Positions 9,092-19,502 of a DNA stretch of 64,000 nt are shown here, in pieces. The stretch spans positions 68,081-132,080 of the forward strand of contig CAZZJS010000005.1 in NCBI GenBank assembly GCA_964654855.1. The letters are read 5' to 3'. The stretch comes from an uncultured Rickettsiales bacterium (GTDB lineage Bacteria; Pseudomonadota; Alphaproteobacteria; Rickettsiales; JALZUV01). The position numbers and the translations under genes are program-made. Each line of letters opens with the position of its first letter. Position 1 is the first letter of the stretch. The notes beneath the pieces were generated by a model, which saw only the letters and a program-made list of their open reading frames with translations, ran no database searches and was not told the DNA's origin.

Positions 9092-10549
9092 ATGCCACTA
9101 TTATCCCAATTGCTTGAAGCTTTCCCGCGTGACTTAAAACGAGTTGATAAGGGACGTAAAGATCCTGAAATTACGGCACTTACTGCTGACTCACGCAATA
9201 TGGAGGAAGGTTCACTTTTCGCGGCGATTCGTGGGGTAGAACAAAACGGTGAAACCTATATTCCACAAGCGAAAAAGGCGAAATCAGCTGCAGTGCTAAC
9301 ACGTGATGACCTAGAGCCGCTAAAAGGCATTGCGCATGTGGTTACAAAAAATGAACGTCAAGCTTTGGCGAAACTTGCGGCGTATTTTCATCCAAGCCCT
9401 GCACTTAAAACAGTGGCAATTACAGGAACGAATGGCAAAACTTCAACTGCTGAATTTTTTCGTCAATTATTAGAGATTGAAGGCGCAAAGGCAGCAAGTA
9501 TCGGTACGATGGGGTTGGGCACCAATAGCATTCGAGGCTTAAATGTTCCGGCAATCAATACCTCACCTGATCCTGTGCTATTGCATCAAACCTTGCAGCA
9601 TTTAGAAGAGAAAGGTGCCGAAGCGGTGGCGCTTGAAGCTTCAAGCCATGGGTTGCATCAGCATCGTATGGATGGTGTGAACTTAACGGCTGCAGCCTAT
9701 ACGAATCTATCGCGCGACCATCTAGATTATCATAAAACGGAGAAAGCGTATTTTGAAGCGAAGCAGAGGCTTTTTGCCTATGTGTTGCCGCGCGAATCAA
9801 CGGCGGTGCTTAATAAAGACGATCGCTATTATGATGCGTTAAAGAAAATGTGCGATTTGCGTAAGCATAAAATTGTGACATTCGGTTCAGATGAATCGGC
9901 AGATTTATTTATTCGTCGTATTGATCGTACGCCGCATGGAATGGAAGTGCGTTTGAACCTTTACGGACAGGCAGTGGAAGCTTCTTTGCCTTTAATCGGT
10001 GATTTTCAGGTAATGAATTTGCTTGCAGCGCTTGGCCTCGCTGAGGCATGTGGGCATGATATATTAGGGCTGACACATGGATTGCGTGAACTCAAACCTG
10101 TGCGCGGGCGGATGGAGCAAGCGGTAAATGGCATTTATGTGGATTACGCGCATACGCCTGATGCGTTAGAAAAAGCGCTCAATACTATGCGTGCGCATTG
10201 CAAGGGGCGCTTAGGTGTGGTCGTTGGTTGCGGTGGTGATCGTGATGCAGGTAAGCGGGTGCCAATGGGGCGTTTAGCTTCTGATCTTGCTGATTTTGCC
10301 TTCATTACCGATGATAACCCGCGTAACGAAGATGCCTCCGAGATTCGCAAACAAGTGATGGCAGGCGCGCAAGCCAAACATTGTAAAGAAGTAGCAGGTC
10401 GTAAGAATGCAATTGAGGCAGCGATGGGCGAAATGGCACAAGGTGATATGCTATTGGTTGCTGGTAAAGGCCATGAAACGTATCAAATTATTGGCGATAA
10501 AACGCATGATTTTGATGATGCGGCCATTATACGGGAATTGGCCAAGTGA
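9092..10549 (+). CDS. murE: UDP-MurNAc-dipeptide:meso-DAP ligase
   Basis: TGTNGKTS, EASSH, DYAHTPD, DNPR (meso-DAP-specific motif), GKGHE. Confidence 0.96.
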   Translation: MPLLSQLLEAFPRDLKRVDKGRKDPEITALTADSRNMEEGSLFAAIRGVEQNGETYIPQAKKAKSAAVLTRDDLEPLKGIAHVVTKNERQALAKLAAYFHPSPALKTVAITGTNGKTSTAEFFRQLLEIEGAKAASIGTMGLGTNSIRGLNVPAINTSPDPVLLHQTLQHLEEKGAEAVALEASSHGLHQHRMDGVNLTAAAYTNLSRDHLDYHKTEKAYFEAKQRLFAYVLPRESTAVLNKDDRYYDALKKMCDLRKHKIVTFGSDESADLFIRRIDRTPHGMEVRLNLYGQAVEASLPLIGDFQVMNLLAALGLAEACGHDILGLTHGLRELKPVRGRMEQAVNGIYVDYAHTPDALEKALNTMRAHCKGRLGVVVGCGGDRDAGKRVPMGRLASDLADFAFITDDNPRNEDASEIRKQVMAGAQAKHCKEVAGRKNAIEAAMGEMAQGDMLLVAGKGHETYQIIGDKTHDFDDAAIIRELAK

Positions 10550-11889
10550 GCTTTTGGGTATCCGACAAAATTATCGAAGCAACGGGCGGCGAATTAATCG
10601 GTGATGCGTTTGTGACGGGAGTGGTAAGCACGGATACACGCACCATCGGGCAGGGCGAGTTTTTCATTGCACTAAAGGGTAAAAATTTCGACGGCCATCA
10701 TTATTTAGGAAAAGCAGCAGAGCGTGGTGCGATAGCAGCGTTGGTCTCCTATATTCCTGAGGATGCACCGCAAGGAATGGCGCTTGTAAAAGTAGAAGAT
10801 ACGCTTGAAGCGTTGCAAGAAATGGCGCGCTACCGTCGTGCGCATACGCAGACAAAAATTCTGGGTGTGACGGGCAGTGTAGGCAAAACCTCTGCCAAAG
10901 AAATGTTAAAACTTGCCCTATCTGAATATGGCGAAACCTATGCGACGAGCGGCAATTATAATAATCATATTGGCTTGCCGATTACGCTGTGCAATATGCC
11001 TGAGACAAGCGATTATGCGATTCTTGAAATGGGGATGAATCATGCGGATGAAATCTCGTTTCTTTCTAAAATTGCAAAACCCGAAATCGCGCTTATTACG
11101 AATGTGGAGGCGGTGCATTTAGAGTTTTTCGATTCGGTTGAAGGTATCGCCCATGCGAAAGCAGAAATCTTTGATGGAATGGAAAAGGGTATCGCGGTGC
11201 TACCGGCGGATAATGCCCATTTTGAGATTTTAAAGGCGGGGGCATCTCATTGTGAGATTCTAAGTTTTGGCGAAAGTCAGCAGAGCAGCTTGCGTTTAAT
11301 TTCGCCGGATGTGCAATATGAGTATGCTAATCAAACGCGTGAATTTAAACTGGCGACATATGGGGCGCATTGGCCAAAAGCATCATTGGGAGTTTTGGCT
11401 TGTGTTGCAGCGCTTGGTTTGTCGTTAGAGAAAGCGGAAATGGCATTGTCGCGCTATCAAGAACAAAAAGGCCGTGGCGAGGTGGTTGAGCTGCTGTGGA
11501 AAGGCGATAAAATCACCCTGATGGATGATGCTTATAATGCTAGCCCCGTTTCGATGAAAGCGGCGCTTGCGACTTTGGCTACATTAGGGCGGGGGCGTAC
11601 ATTTGCAATTTTAGGCGAGATGTTAGAGCTAGGCGAAACATCTGATCAACTCCATGCTTCTATGGCCGCACCGATCATGCAATATCACATTGATGCGGTG
11701 GTGACAGTGGGGGCGGGAATGCAACCATTGGCCGATATTTTACCTGCAAATGTTCACCTTGCGCATTTCGCTAGTGCAGAAGGTGCATCTGCGAGCATAG
11801 AAACACTAGTCAAAGCAGGTGATGCTGTGTTATGCAAGGGTTCGCATGGAAGCGGAGTACATCGTTTGGTCGAGGTGCTGAAACAATAA
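10546..11889 (+). CDS. murF: UDP-MurNAc-tripeptide:D-Ala-D-Ala ligase
   Basis: TGSVGKT, NNHIGLP, EMGMNH, DDAYNASP; GTG start overlapping the murE stop. Confidence 0.95.
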   Translation: MSFWVSDKIIEATGGELIGDAFVTGVVSTDTRTIGQGEFFIALKGKNFDGHHYLGKAAERGAIAALVSYIPEDAPQGMALVKVEDTLEALQEMARYRRAHTQTKILGVTGSVGKTSAKEMLKLALSEYGETYATSGNYNNHIGLPITLCNMPETSDYAILEMGMNHADEISFLSKIAKPEIALITNVEAVHLEFFDSVEGIAHAKAEIFDGMEKGIAVLPADNAHFEILKAGASHCEILSFGESQQSSLRLISPDVQYEYANQTREFKLATYGAHWPKASLGVLACVAALGLSLEKAEMALSRYQEQKGRGEVVELLWKGDKITLMDDAYNASPVSMKAALATLATLGRGRTFAILGEMLELGETSDQLHASMAAPIMQYHIDAVVTVGAGMQPLADILPANVHLAHFASAEGASASIETLVKAGDAVLCKGSHGSGVHRLVEVLKQ

Positions 11890-11908
11890 CAAGATTAAGA
11901 GACTGTAA

Positions 11909-12997
11909 ATGCTCTATAATTTCCTTTTTCCTCTCGCTGAACAGTTCCCATTATTTAACCTTTTTAAATATTTGACCTTCCGTAGTGGTGGTGCTGTTTT
12001 AACGGCATTGCTCATTAGTTTCATTTTTGGCCCGATGATTATCCGTTGGTTAAAAAGTAAACAAGCGCATGGCCAACCAATTCGTGAAGATGGACCAGAA
12101 TCTCACTTGCTGACAAAACAAGGTACGCCAACTATGGGGGGTGTGATGATCTTGTTAGCGGTGGGAGTATCGACATTGCTTTGGGCGAATTTATCAAACC
12201 CTTATGTGTGGATTACGCTATTTGTGACGTTAGGTTATGGTACGATTGGCTTTATTGATGATTATATCAAATTGACCAAGCGCCATCATGCTGGTTTGCC
12301 TGGTAAGGCGAAATTATTACTGCAATTTATCATTGGTATTGCGGCGGTTTTATGGATTCAAAAAGTGTCATCGCCTGAATTTGCAAGCCATTTAGCTTTT
12401 CCATTTGTTAAAGATTTTATGCTGGATTTAGGCTGGTTCTATATCCTGTTCGCCTCTGTTGTGATGGTGGGTGCAAGCAACGCGGTGAATCTAACCGATG
12501 GCTTAGATGGTCTTGCTATTGTGCCAATTATGATCGCAGCAGGCTGTTTTGCGTTAATTGCCTATTTGATCGGAAATAGCGTTTTTGCCGATTATTTGCA
12601 GATTCACCATGTTGAAGGTTCGGGTGAGTTAGCGGTTTTTTGTGCTGCTTTGATTGGTGCAGGGCTGGGGTTCCTTTGGTATAACGCTCCGCCCGCCATG
12701 GTATTTATGGGGGATACGGGTAGCCTCGCATTTGGGGGAGCTTTGGGAACGATTAGTGTGATCGTGAAGCATGAAATTGTATTGGCGATTATTGGTGGGC
12801 TATTTGTGATGGAAGCAGTTTCTGTCATCTTGCAAGTGGCTTCGTTTAAGTTGACGGGAAAGCGTATTTTCCGCATGGCACCTATCCACCATCACTTTGA
12901 GAAAAAGGGCTGGCAAGAGCCAACCATTGTGATTCGTTTTTGGATTATTGCCGTGATTTTAGCGCTTATTGGCTTAAGTACTTTAAAGCTTCGTTAG
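11909..12997 (+). CDS. mraY: Phospho-MurNAc-pentapeptide transferase
   Basis: [34 protein letters not shown]. Confidence 0.97.
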   Translation: MLYNFLFPLAEQFPLFNLFKYLTFRSGGAVLTALLISFIFGPMIIRWLKSKQAHGQPIREDGPESHLLTKQGTPTMGGVMILLAVGVSTLLWANLSNPYVWITLFVTLGYGTIGFIDDYIKLTKRHHAGLPGKAKLLLQFIIGIAAVLWIQKVSSPEFASHLAFPFVKDFMLDLGWFYILFASVVMVGASNAVNLTDGLDGLAIVPIMIAAGCFALIAYLIGNSVFADYLQIHHVEGSGELAVFCAALIGAGLGFLWYNAPPAMVFMGDTGSLAFGGALGTISVIVKHEIVLAIIGGLFVMEAVSVILQVASFKLTGKRIFRMAPIHHHFEKKGWQEPTIVIRFWIIAVILALIGLSTLKLR

Positions 12998-14389
12998 ATG
13001 ATTTTACTTCCTGCATATAAAGGCAAAAAAATTGCAGTGATGGGGCTTGGTGTTTCAGGGCAAGCTACCGTTGCGAGCCTTTCTGCGAGTGGTGCAGAGG
13101 TTTATGCATGGGATGAGAATGAAGATAATCTTGCTATTTGTCAGGCTAATTATCGTGATGTGATTTATGCTGATTATGCTAAATGGCCATGGAAAGAAAT
13201 TGATACTCTAGTGCTAAGCCCAGGTATTCCGTTACATTATCCGCAACCACACCCAATTGTTGGTATTGCGATGGTGTATGGGTGTGAAATTTTTGGTGAT
13301 GTTGAGTTGCTTATGCAAGCGCAGTCAGAAGCAAAATTCGTAGGCATCACCGGTACAAATGGCAAATCAACTACGACGGCGCTCACGGCGCATTTGCTCG
13401 AAAAGGCCGGTGCTAAAGTGCAAGTAGGTGGTAATATCGGCAATGCGGCTTTGTCTCTTGAACCGCTGGGTGAGGATGGCGTTTATGTAATCGAGATGTC
13501 TTCTTACCAAAATGATTTGATGATGCGCAGTACTTTTAATGTATCGGTGTTGTTGAATATTTCACCCGATCATCTGAATCGTCATGGTGGAATGGACGGT
13601 TACGTTGCTGCCAAGAGACGTATCTTTGATGGAATGGGAATCAAAGATACGGCGATTATTTCGGTGGAAGATGAATATTCTAAAAGTATCCTTAAAGATT
13701 TGCGCGATGGTAAGAACCTTTATAGCTGGCAAGATACAAAGCCAAAATTTTTCGAGCTTTCTTGCTGCAAAGCGTCAGATAAAAAAATACCAGTTGATTT
13801 ATCAGTGATTCCAACCTTGCAAGGTAAGCATAATAAACAAAATGCTCTCGCTGCGATCGCTGTGTGTGAAGCGTTGGGATACAAAGCCTCTAAGCTTGCA
13901 AAGGGATTGCGAAGTTTTGCTGGGTTAGCGCATCGGATGCAACCGTTGCAAAAGAAAGGTGATGTGCAGTTCGTCAATGATAGTAAGGCAACCAATGCCG
14001 AAGCTGCAGCACGTGCGTTAGAGACTCATAATCATATTTATTGGATTGTCGGTGGGGTTGCTAAAGAGGGAGGAATCGAATCTCTTGAGGAATATTTTCC
14101 TAAAATCACCAAAGCCTATTTGATCGGTGAAGCGACCGATGAATTTGCTACATTACTCAAAAAGCATAAGGTTAAATGTGTAAAATCTCGCACGTTAGAA
14201 AAGGCAACTGCGGCTGCAACCAAAGATGCGATAAAAGCCCAAAAAGGAGTGATATTGCTTTCTCCTGCTTGTGCATCTTTTGATCAATTTCCCAATTTTG
14301 AGAAACGAGGCGAGGCTTTCGCCACACAAGTGACGCAAATTTTGGAAGACAAAAATGCAGATAATGCCTCAAAAGGTGACGCTGCCTGA
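12998..14389 (+). CDS. murD: UDP-MurNAc-L-Ala:D-Glu ligase
   Basis: GITGTNGKSTT, GGNIG, NDSKATN, SPACASFDQF. Confidence 0.96.
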   Translation: MILLPAYKGKKIAVMGLGVSGQATVASLSASGAEVYAWDENEDNLAICQANYRDVIYADYAKWPWKEIDTLVLSPGIPLHYPQPHPIVGIAMVYGCEIFGDVELLMQAQSEAKFVGITGTNGKSTTTALTAHLLEKAGAKVQVGGNIGNAALSLEPLGEDGVYVIEMSSYQNDLMMRSTFNVSVLLNISPDHLNRHGGMDGYVAAKRRIFDGMGIKDTAIISVEDEYSKSILKDLRDGKNLYSWQDTKPKFFELSCCKASDKKIPVDLSVIPTLQGKHNKQNALAAIAVCEALGYKASKLAKGLRSFAGLAHRMQPLQKKGDVQFVNDSKATNAEAAARALETHNHIYWIVGGVAKEGGIESLEEYFPKITKAYLIGEATDEFATLLKKHKVKCVKSRTLEKATAAATKDAIKAQKGVILLSPACASFDQFPNFEKRGEAFATQVTQILEDKNADNASKGDAA

Positions 14390-14439
14390 AAAATGGCCGA
14401 TGCTAGTTAAGAATAATTAGAAAATAGCGGCGAGATGTT

Positions 14440-15558
14440 ATGGCGACGATAAGGCGCAAAAATCATCCATTAGGACGTTGGTGGTGGGCGATTGACCGCA
14501 CGTTGGTGGCGGCGCTTTTTTTATTGATGGCAATTGGTGCAGTCTTGGTAACAGCCTCTAGCCCTCCGGTAGCGGAGCGTATCAATTTAGATCCTTTCTA
14601 TTTCGTGAAACGCCAGCAAATTTATTTGGCGCTGGCCTTTATTGTGATGATAGGGCTTTCGCTTGTTTCTCTCAAAACGATACGGCGAATTAGTATGATT
14701 GGGCTGGTTGGTAGTTTATTTTTACTGATCTTATTGCCTTTTGTAGGGACGGAAATTAAGGGCGCGGTGCGTTGGATTACGCTTTTTGGAGTGTCGCTAC
14801 AGCCTTCCGAATTTGTGAAACCCTTCTTCGCGGTGGTCACAGCGTGGATATTTTCGATGCAAAATAAGCAACAGAATTTTCCAGCTTTTCGCTTCTCGCT
14901 CATGCTGTATTTGCTCTTTGCGGCTTTGCTCATTACCCAGCCTGACTTTGGGATGACCGTGACGCTTTCTGCGATCTGGGGAGTGCAGGTGTTTCTAGCT
15001 GGCTTGCCACTTATGTGGGTAGTTGGATTATTAGGGCTGGGCATTTTAGGAGGAGTCGGTGCCTATCAGTTTTTGCCGCATGTTACCGCGCGGATTGATC
15101 GATTTCTAGATCCCACAGCAGGCGATAATTTCCAAGTAGAGAAATCGCTAGAAGCGTTTCAAAATGGCGGCCTTTTAGGACGCGGGCCGGGTGAAGGTGA
15201 GGTGAAAATCCATCTGCCAGATTCGCATACCGATTTTATTTTTGCTGTTGCTGCTGAAGAGTTTGGCATGATCTTTTGTTTGCTCATTGCGGCACTTTTC
15301 TTATTTGTCGTTATCAAAGCGGTGGTTCGTTTGTGGGAGGAGCGCGATACCTTCATCATCATTGCCGTGGCGGGTTTATTGACACAATTCGCGATGCAAG
15401 CGCTGATTAATATGGGCGTGGCAGTGCAAATGTTTCCAGCAAAAGGGATGACTTTGCCCTTCTTAAGTTATGGTGGATCCTCCGCACTTTCTATGGCGCT
15501 ATGTATGGGGATGGTGTTGGCACTCACGCGCAAACGTATTGGTGGGCAGTTGTCATGA
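14440..15558 (+). CDS. ftsW: Septal peptidoglycan polymerase (SEDS)
   Basis: QPSEF, QPDFG, HTDFIF, KGMTLPFLSYGGS; position in dcw cluster. Confidence 0.95.
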   Translation: MATIRRKNHPLGRWWWAIDRTLVAALFLLMAIGAVLVTASSPPVAERINLDPFYFVKRQQIYLALAFIVMIGLSLVSLKTIRRISMIGLVGSLFLLILLPFVGTEIKGAVRWITLFGVSLQPSEFVKPFFAVVTAWIFSMQNKQQNFPAFRFSLMLYLLFAALLITQPDFGMTVTLSAIWGVQVFLAGLPLMWVVGLLGLGILGGVGAYQFLPHVTARIDRFLDPTAGDNFQVEKSLEAFQNGGLLGRGPGEGEVKIHLPDSHTDFIFAVAAEEFGMIFCLLIAALFLFVVIKAVVRLWEERDTFIIIAVAGLLTQFAMQALINMGVAVQMFPAKGMTLPFLSYGGSSALSMALCMGMVLALTRKRIGGQLS

Positions 15559-16655
15559 ATCAGACTATTTTACTTTCAGCCGGTGGTACGGGTGGACATG
15601 TTTTTCCTGCGATTGCACTCGCAGAAGAATTACATAAGCGTGGCCATAAGCCCGTTTTAGCGACAGATCCGCGTACAGCTAATTATGATTTTCCTTCATG
15701 GTTGCCAGTGCATGTTTTGCCAGCCAGTAGTCCAAGCGGTGGCCTAACACAGAAGATCAATGCAGTGTTAGGGTTGCTGAAATCATGCGTGAACGTGGCG
15801 ACGATTATGTGCAATATTAAGCCGGATGTAGTGGTTGGATTTGGAGGGTATCCTTCTTTCCCAGCGGTCGCGGTTTCTATGGCGCGCAGCCTTCCACTCG
15901 TGTTGCATGAACAAAATCGTTTTCTTGGAAAAGCCAATCGTATGGGTGCTTCTCGGGCGAAAACCATCGCTTTATCTTTTCCGGATACGCATGGAATTCG
16001 TGAAGAGGATAAAGCCAAATGCCTTGAAATTGGTAATCCTGCAAGACCAGAGATTTTGGCGTTACGCGATATTTCTTATCCAACCCCAACGGCGGATTCT
16101 CCTTTAGAACTTTTGATCTTTGCGGGGTCACAAGGGGCGACAGTCTTTAGCGAAGTGGTGCCTGCGGCGATTGGATTATTGTCACCAGAAATTCGCTCAC
16201 GTTTGCGTATCACCCAGCAATGCCGTGCGGAAGATGTTGTGCGCGTCACGACGGAATATGAAGATTATGGCATTAAAGCAGAAATCAAACCTTTCTTCGA
16301 TGATATGGCAGAACGGTTGAAAAAAGCGCATTTGGTAGTGAGTCGCTCAGGTGCTTCTACTTGTACTGAGATGATGGTGGCAGGGCGTCCGGCGATTTAT
16401 GTGCCTCTAGCGATTGCAGCGGATAATCATCAATATTTAAATGCAGAATATTTAGAGAAAAATAATGCCGGTTGGTTGCTGCCCTCTTCGCAATTTGAGG
16501 TGGAAGCATTGGCGGCACGTTTAGAATATTGCTTAGGCTATCCAGAAGTGCTGGAAAAAACCGCGAAAGCCGCTTATGATCTCGCAAAAGTGAATGCTGC
16601 AAGTGCTTTGGCAGAGGCAGCACTCAATGCGAATAAAAAATTTAAAGTGATGTAA
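15555..16655 (+). CDS. murG: Lipid II GlcNAc transferase
   Basis: GGTGGH, GFGGY, HEQN, GSQGA; start at ATG 15555 overlapping the ftsW stop. Confidence 0.95.
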   Translation: MNQTILLSAGGTGGHVFPAIALAEELHKRGHKPVLATDPRTANYDFPSWLPVHVLPASSPSGGLTQKINAVLGLLKSCVNVATIMCNIKPDVVVGFGGYPSFPAVAVSMARSLPLVLHEQNRFLGKANRMGASRAKTIALSFPDTHGIREEDKAKCLEIGNPARPEILALRDISYPTPTADSPLELLIFAGSQGATVFSEVVPAAIGLLSPEIRSRLRITQQCRAEDVVRVTTEYEDYGIKAEIKPFFDDMAERLKKAHLVVSRSGASTCTEMMVAGRPAIYVPLAIAADNHQYLNAEYLEKNNAGWLLPSSQFEVEALAARLEYCLGYPEVLEKTAKAAYDLAKVNAASALAEAALNANKKFKVM

Positions 16656-16662
16656 TAACGAA

Positions 16663-18111
16663 ATGCCCCCCAACATGAATGCTATGAAAATCCTTCCTTT
16701 ATCTCACACCATGTCTTTGGAAGTGGGAATTATCCATTTTATCGGTATTGGCGGTATCGGCATGAGCGGCATTGCCGAGGTGCTGCATAACCAAGGCTAT
16801 AAAGTGCAAGGTTCTGATCTGAATGAATCAGCCAATGTAGAGCGTTTGCGCGGTAAGGGTATTGAGGTCTTTATCGGCCAGAAGGCTGAGAATATTGAGA
16901 AGGCCGATGTGATCGTAAAATCGACAGCGGTGAAAGAAGATAATCCAGAGATTATCGCCGCGCGTGAAATGCGTATTCCGGTGGTTCGCCGTTCGGAGAT
17001 GTTAGCCGAAGTGATGCGCCTTAAAATGTGCGTCGCCATTGCGGGTACGCATGGTAAAACGACGACGACTTCATTGACGGCAACCTTGCTTGAAGCCGGT
17101 GGTTTGGAGCCAACGGTTATTAATGGCGGTATCATCAACGCCTATGGTACCAATGCTAAAGTGGGTAAAGGTGAATGGATGGTGGTAGAGGCTGATGAGT
17201 CAGACGGTACCTTTACACGCTTACCTATTTCAGTCGGCATTATCACCAATATCGACCCAGAGCATCTCGATTATTATGGCGATTTTGAAACGCTGAAAGG
17301 TGCTTTCGCACAGTTCCTAGATAATCTTCCATTTTACGGTTTTGCGGCGCTTTGTATTGATCATCCCGAAGTGCAGAAACTAGCCGCCTCGGTGCGTGAT
17401 CGCCGTATCCTTACTTACGGAACAAGTCCGCAAGCGGATCTTCGTGCGGAAAATATTCGCGGTTCGGCAAAGGGGCAAACCTTCGACTTACACTTGAATA
17501 AATCTGGAGAGGAAGAGGCACAAATTTGGCCTGATATGCACCTTCCTATGCATGGCCAGCATAACCTGCTTAATGCGATGGCAGCCATTGCCGTGGCTGA
17601 AGATCTCGGCATGCCAATGACAGAAATTAAAGATGCTTTAGCTGGGTTCGAAGGCGTGAAGCGTCGTTTTACTTTTGTAGGTGAAGTGGATGATGTACGC
17701 ATTATTGACGATTATGCTCACCATCCGGTGGAAATTGCGGCGACCTTAAGTTCGGCGCGCCAAGCGGTTTCAGAAAATGGTGGGCGTGTCATTACCGTAG
17801 TACAGCCGCATCGCTATACCCGAGTAGAAAGCTTGTTTGAAGAATTTTGTACCTGCTTTAACGATGCAGATACGGTGTTCGTGACGCCTATTTTTGAAGC
17901 AGGTGAACAGCCAATTGAAGGTATTAGCCGTGAAAGTTTGGTACAAGGGATTCGTGATGCAGGCCATCGTAATGTGATGCCGATTGATGCACCTGAAAAG
18001 CTCGCAGAAACGATCAAAGCAAACACGCAGCCCAATGATATTGTTGTCTGTATGGGCGCGGGCAGCATCAGTCTCTGGGCGAATAAATTACCGGAAGAAC
18101 TTAGCGCCTAA
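16663..18111 (+). CDS. murC: UDP-MurNAc:L-Ala ligase
   Basis: [39 protein letters not shown]; exact start uncertain. Confidence 0.96.
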   Translation: MPPNMNAMKILPLSHTMSLEVGIIHFIGIGGIGMSGIAEVLHNQGYKVQGSDLNESANVERLRGKGIEVFIGQKAENIEKADVIVKSTAVKEDNPEIIAAREMRIPVVRRSEMLAEVMRLKMCVAIAGTHGKTTTTSLTATLLEAGGLEPTVINGGIINAYGTNAKVGKGEWMVVEADESDGTFTRLPISVGIITNIDPEHLDYYGDFETLKGAFAQFLDNLPFYGFAALCIDHPEVQKLAASVRDRRILTYGTSPQADLRAENIRGSAKGQTFDLHLNKSGEEEAQIWPDMHLPMHGQHNLLNAMAAIAVAEDLGMPMTEIKDALAGFEGVKRRFTFVGEVDDVRIIDDYAHHPVEIAATLSSARQAVSENGGRVITVVQPHRYTRVESLFEEFCTCFNDADTVFVTPIFEAGEQPIEGISRESLVQGIRDAGHRNVMPIDAPEKLAETIKANTQPNDIVVCMGAGSISLWANKLPEELSA

Positions 18112-19004
18112 TGGACGAATCACAACTTCCCAAGGTGCGTGGACGTTATCGCTTTGATGCTGATCTTTCAAAGACGAATTGGTTTCAGGTTGGCGGGCTA
18201 GCGGAGGTGATGTTTAAACCGGAAGATGCGGAGGATTTAGCTTCCTTCATGCGTGAGAGGTCGGAGAATTTACCTGTGACCATTATTGGTGTGGGTAGTA
18301 ACTTGATCGTGCGTGATGGTGGTATTGATGGCGTGGTGATTCGGCTGGGTCGCGGCTTTGCTAAAATGGAACAAGAAGGTGATATACTCACCGTCGGTGC
18401 GGGCTGTTTGGATGTGAATGTTGCGCATTATTCTGCCGATTGTGGATTGGCGGGGATGGAGTTTCTTTCGGGTATTCCAGGTACGATTGGCGGTGCGCTG
18501 GCGATGAATGCTGGAGCCTATGGCAGCGAGATCAAGGATGTTCTGCTTGAAGTGCAGGTGGTAACAGCAGAAGGTGAAGTGAAGTGGGTTTCGCCGGAGT
18601 TATTTAACTACTCCTACCGCCATGCAGATTTGCCCGAAGGGTGGGTTTTCACCGCAGCGAAATTGCGAGGCGCTGTAGGTGATTCGACTGAAATTTCTGC
18701 GAAGATTGATGAAATTCAAAAAGCGCGCGAAGAAACACAACCGATTCGTTCGAAAACAGGCGGCAGCACTTTCCGTAATCCTGAAGGTCATAAGGCATGG
18801 CAGTTAGTGGATGAGGCAGGGTGTCGTGGGTTAGCGATAGGCGATGCGCAAGTATCGAAAAAGCACTGTAACTTTATGATAAATAATGCAAATGCGACTG
18901 CAAAAGATATTGAAGCTTTAGGTGATGAAGTACGAAAACGCGTGAAAGACGCGAGCGGTATCGACCTGCATTGGGAAATTAAAAGGATTGGGAAATCTGT
19001 TTAA
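18111..19004 (+). CDS. murB: UDP-GlcNAc-enolpyruvate reductase
   Basis: GVGSNL, GIPGTIGG, MNAGAYG, GGSTFRNP, HCNF. Confidence 0.96.
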   Translation: MDESQLPKVRGRYRFDADLSKTNWFQVGGLAEVMFKPEDAEDLASFMRERSENLPVTIIGVGSNLIVRDGGIDGVVIRLGRGFAKMEQEGDILTVGAGCLDVNVAHYSADCGLAGMEFLSGIPGTIGGALAMNAGAYGSEIKDVLLEVQVVTAEGEVKWVSPELFNYSYRHADLPEGWVFTAAKLRGAVGDSTEISAKIDEIQKAREETQPIRSKTGGSTFRNPEGHKAWQLVDEAGCRGLAIGDAQVSKKHCNFMINNANATAKDIEALGDEVRKRVKDASGIDLHWEIKRIGKSV

Positions 19005-19013
19005 AGCAGTGAA

Positions 19014-19032
19014 TTGTCATTAAACTGTCATA
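19014..19032 (+). promoter_or_regulatory. Pho-box-like direct repeat (OmpR/PhoB family site)
   Basis: TTGTCAT-TAAA-CTGTCAT with 11-bp period; TATAAT follows at 19055-19060. Confidence 0.6.
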
Positions 19033-19100
19033 TGACTTTGTAAGGCAGTTTGAGTATAATCTTTGGGATTATTTTATTTTTTCATTTAAAAATTTTAGTT

Positions 19101-19367
19101 ATGAACTCTATTAAAAAAACGAAGGTAACGGTCAAACCGACTTTTACCAAAGAGTTTGGGTTGGTTTTGAGCATTTATGTTCACGAAGCACCATCCCTCC
19201 CTGAAAATGTTTCACCTATTCTTAAATTATTCGTCAATGGCGAAGAAGTAAGACAGTGTAAAACAGGAAAGGATGATAAGTTGAAGTTAATGTATAAAGC
19301 AGCCAAAACGGCTGATGATTATGAATTACGCCTCAACGATGTCGCTTTTCATCAAGGGGTTTGCTAA
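19101..19367 (+). CDS. Hypothetical 88-aa orphan protein
   Basis: ORF downstream of a Pho-box-like site and TATAAT, followed by hairpins; no obvious SD; no recognised family. Confidence 0.5.
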   Translation: MNSIKKTKVTVKPTFTKEFGLVLSIYVHEAPSLPENVSPILKLFVNGEEVRQCKTGKDDKLKLMYKAAKTADDYELRLNDVAFHQGVC

Positions 19368-19436
19368 AATTTAATAAACCAAAACTTACCTTTCTTTACA
19401 AAGGTGAGGAAAAAAAATAAAAAGATCGAAATCATT

Positions 19437-19463
19437 TAGGCTCCTCCGGGAGCCTATTTTTTT
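19437..19463 (+). terminator. Rho-independent terminator
   Basis: TAGGCTCC-tccg-GGAGCCTA followed by a T run; a second hairpin lies at 19385-19408. Confidence 0.75.
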
Positions 19464-19502
19464 GCTAACACTTTTTTCACCTTTACCTCTTACACTCACT
19501 CC

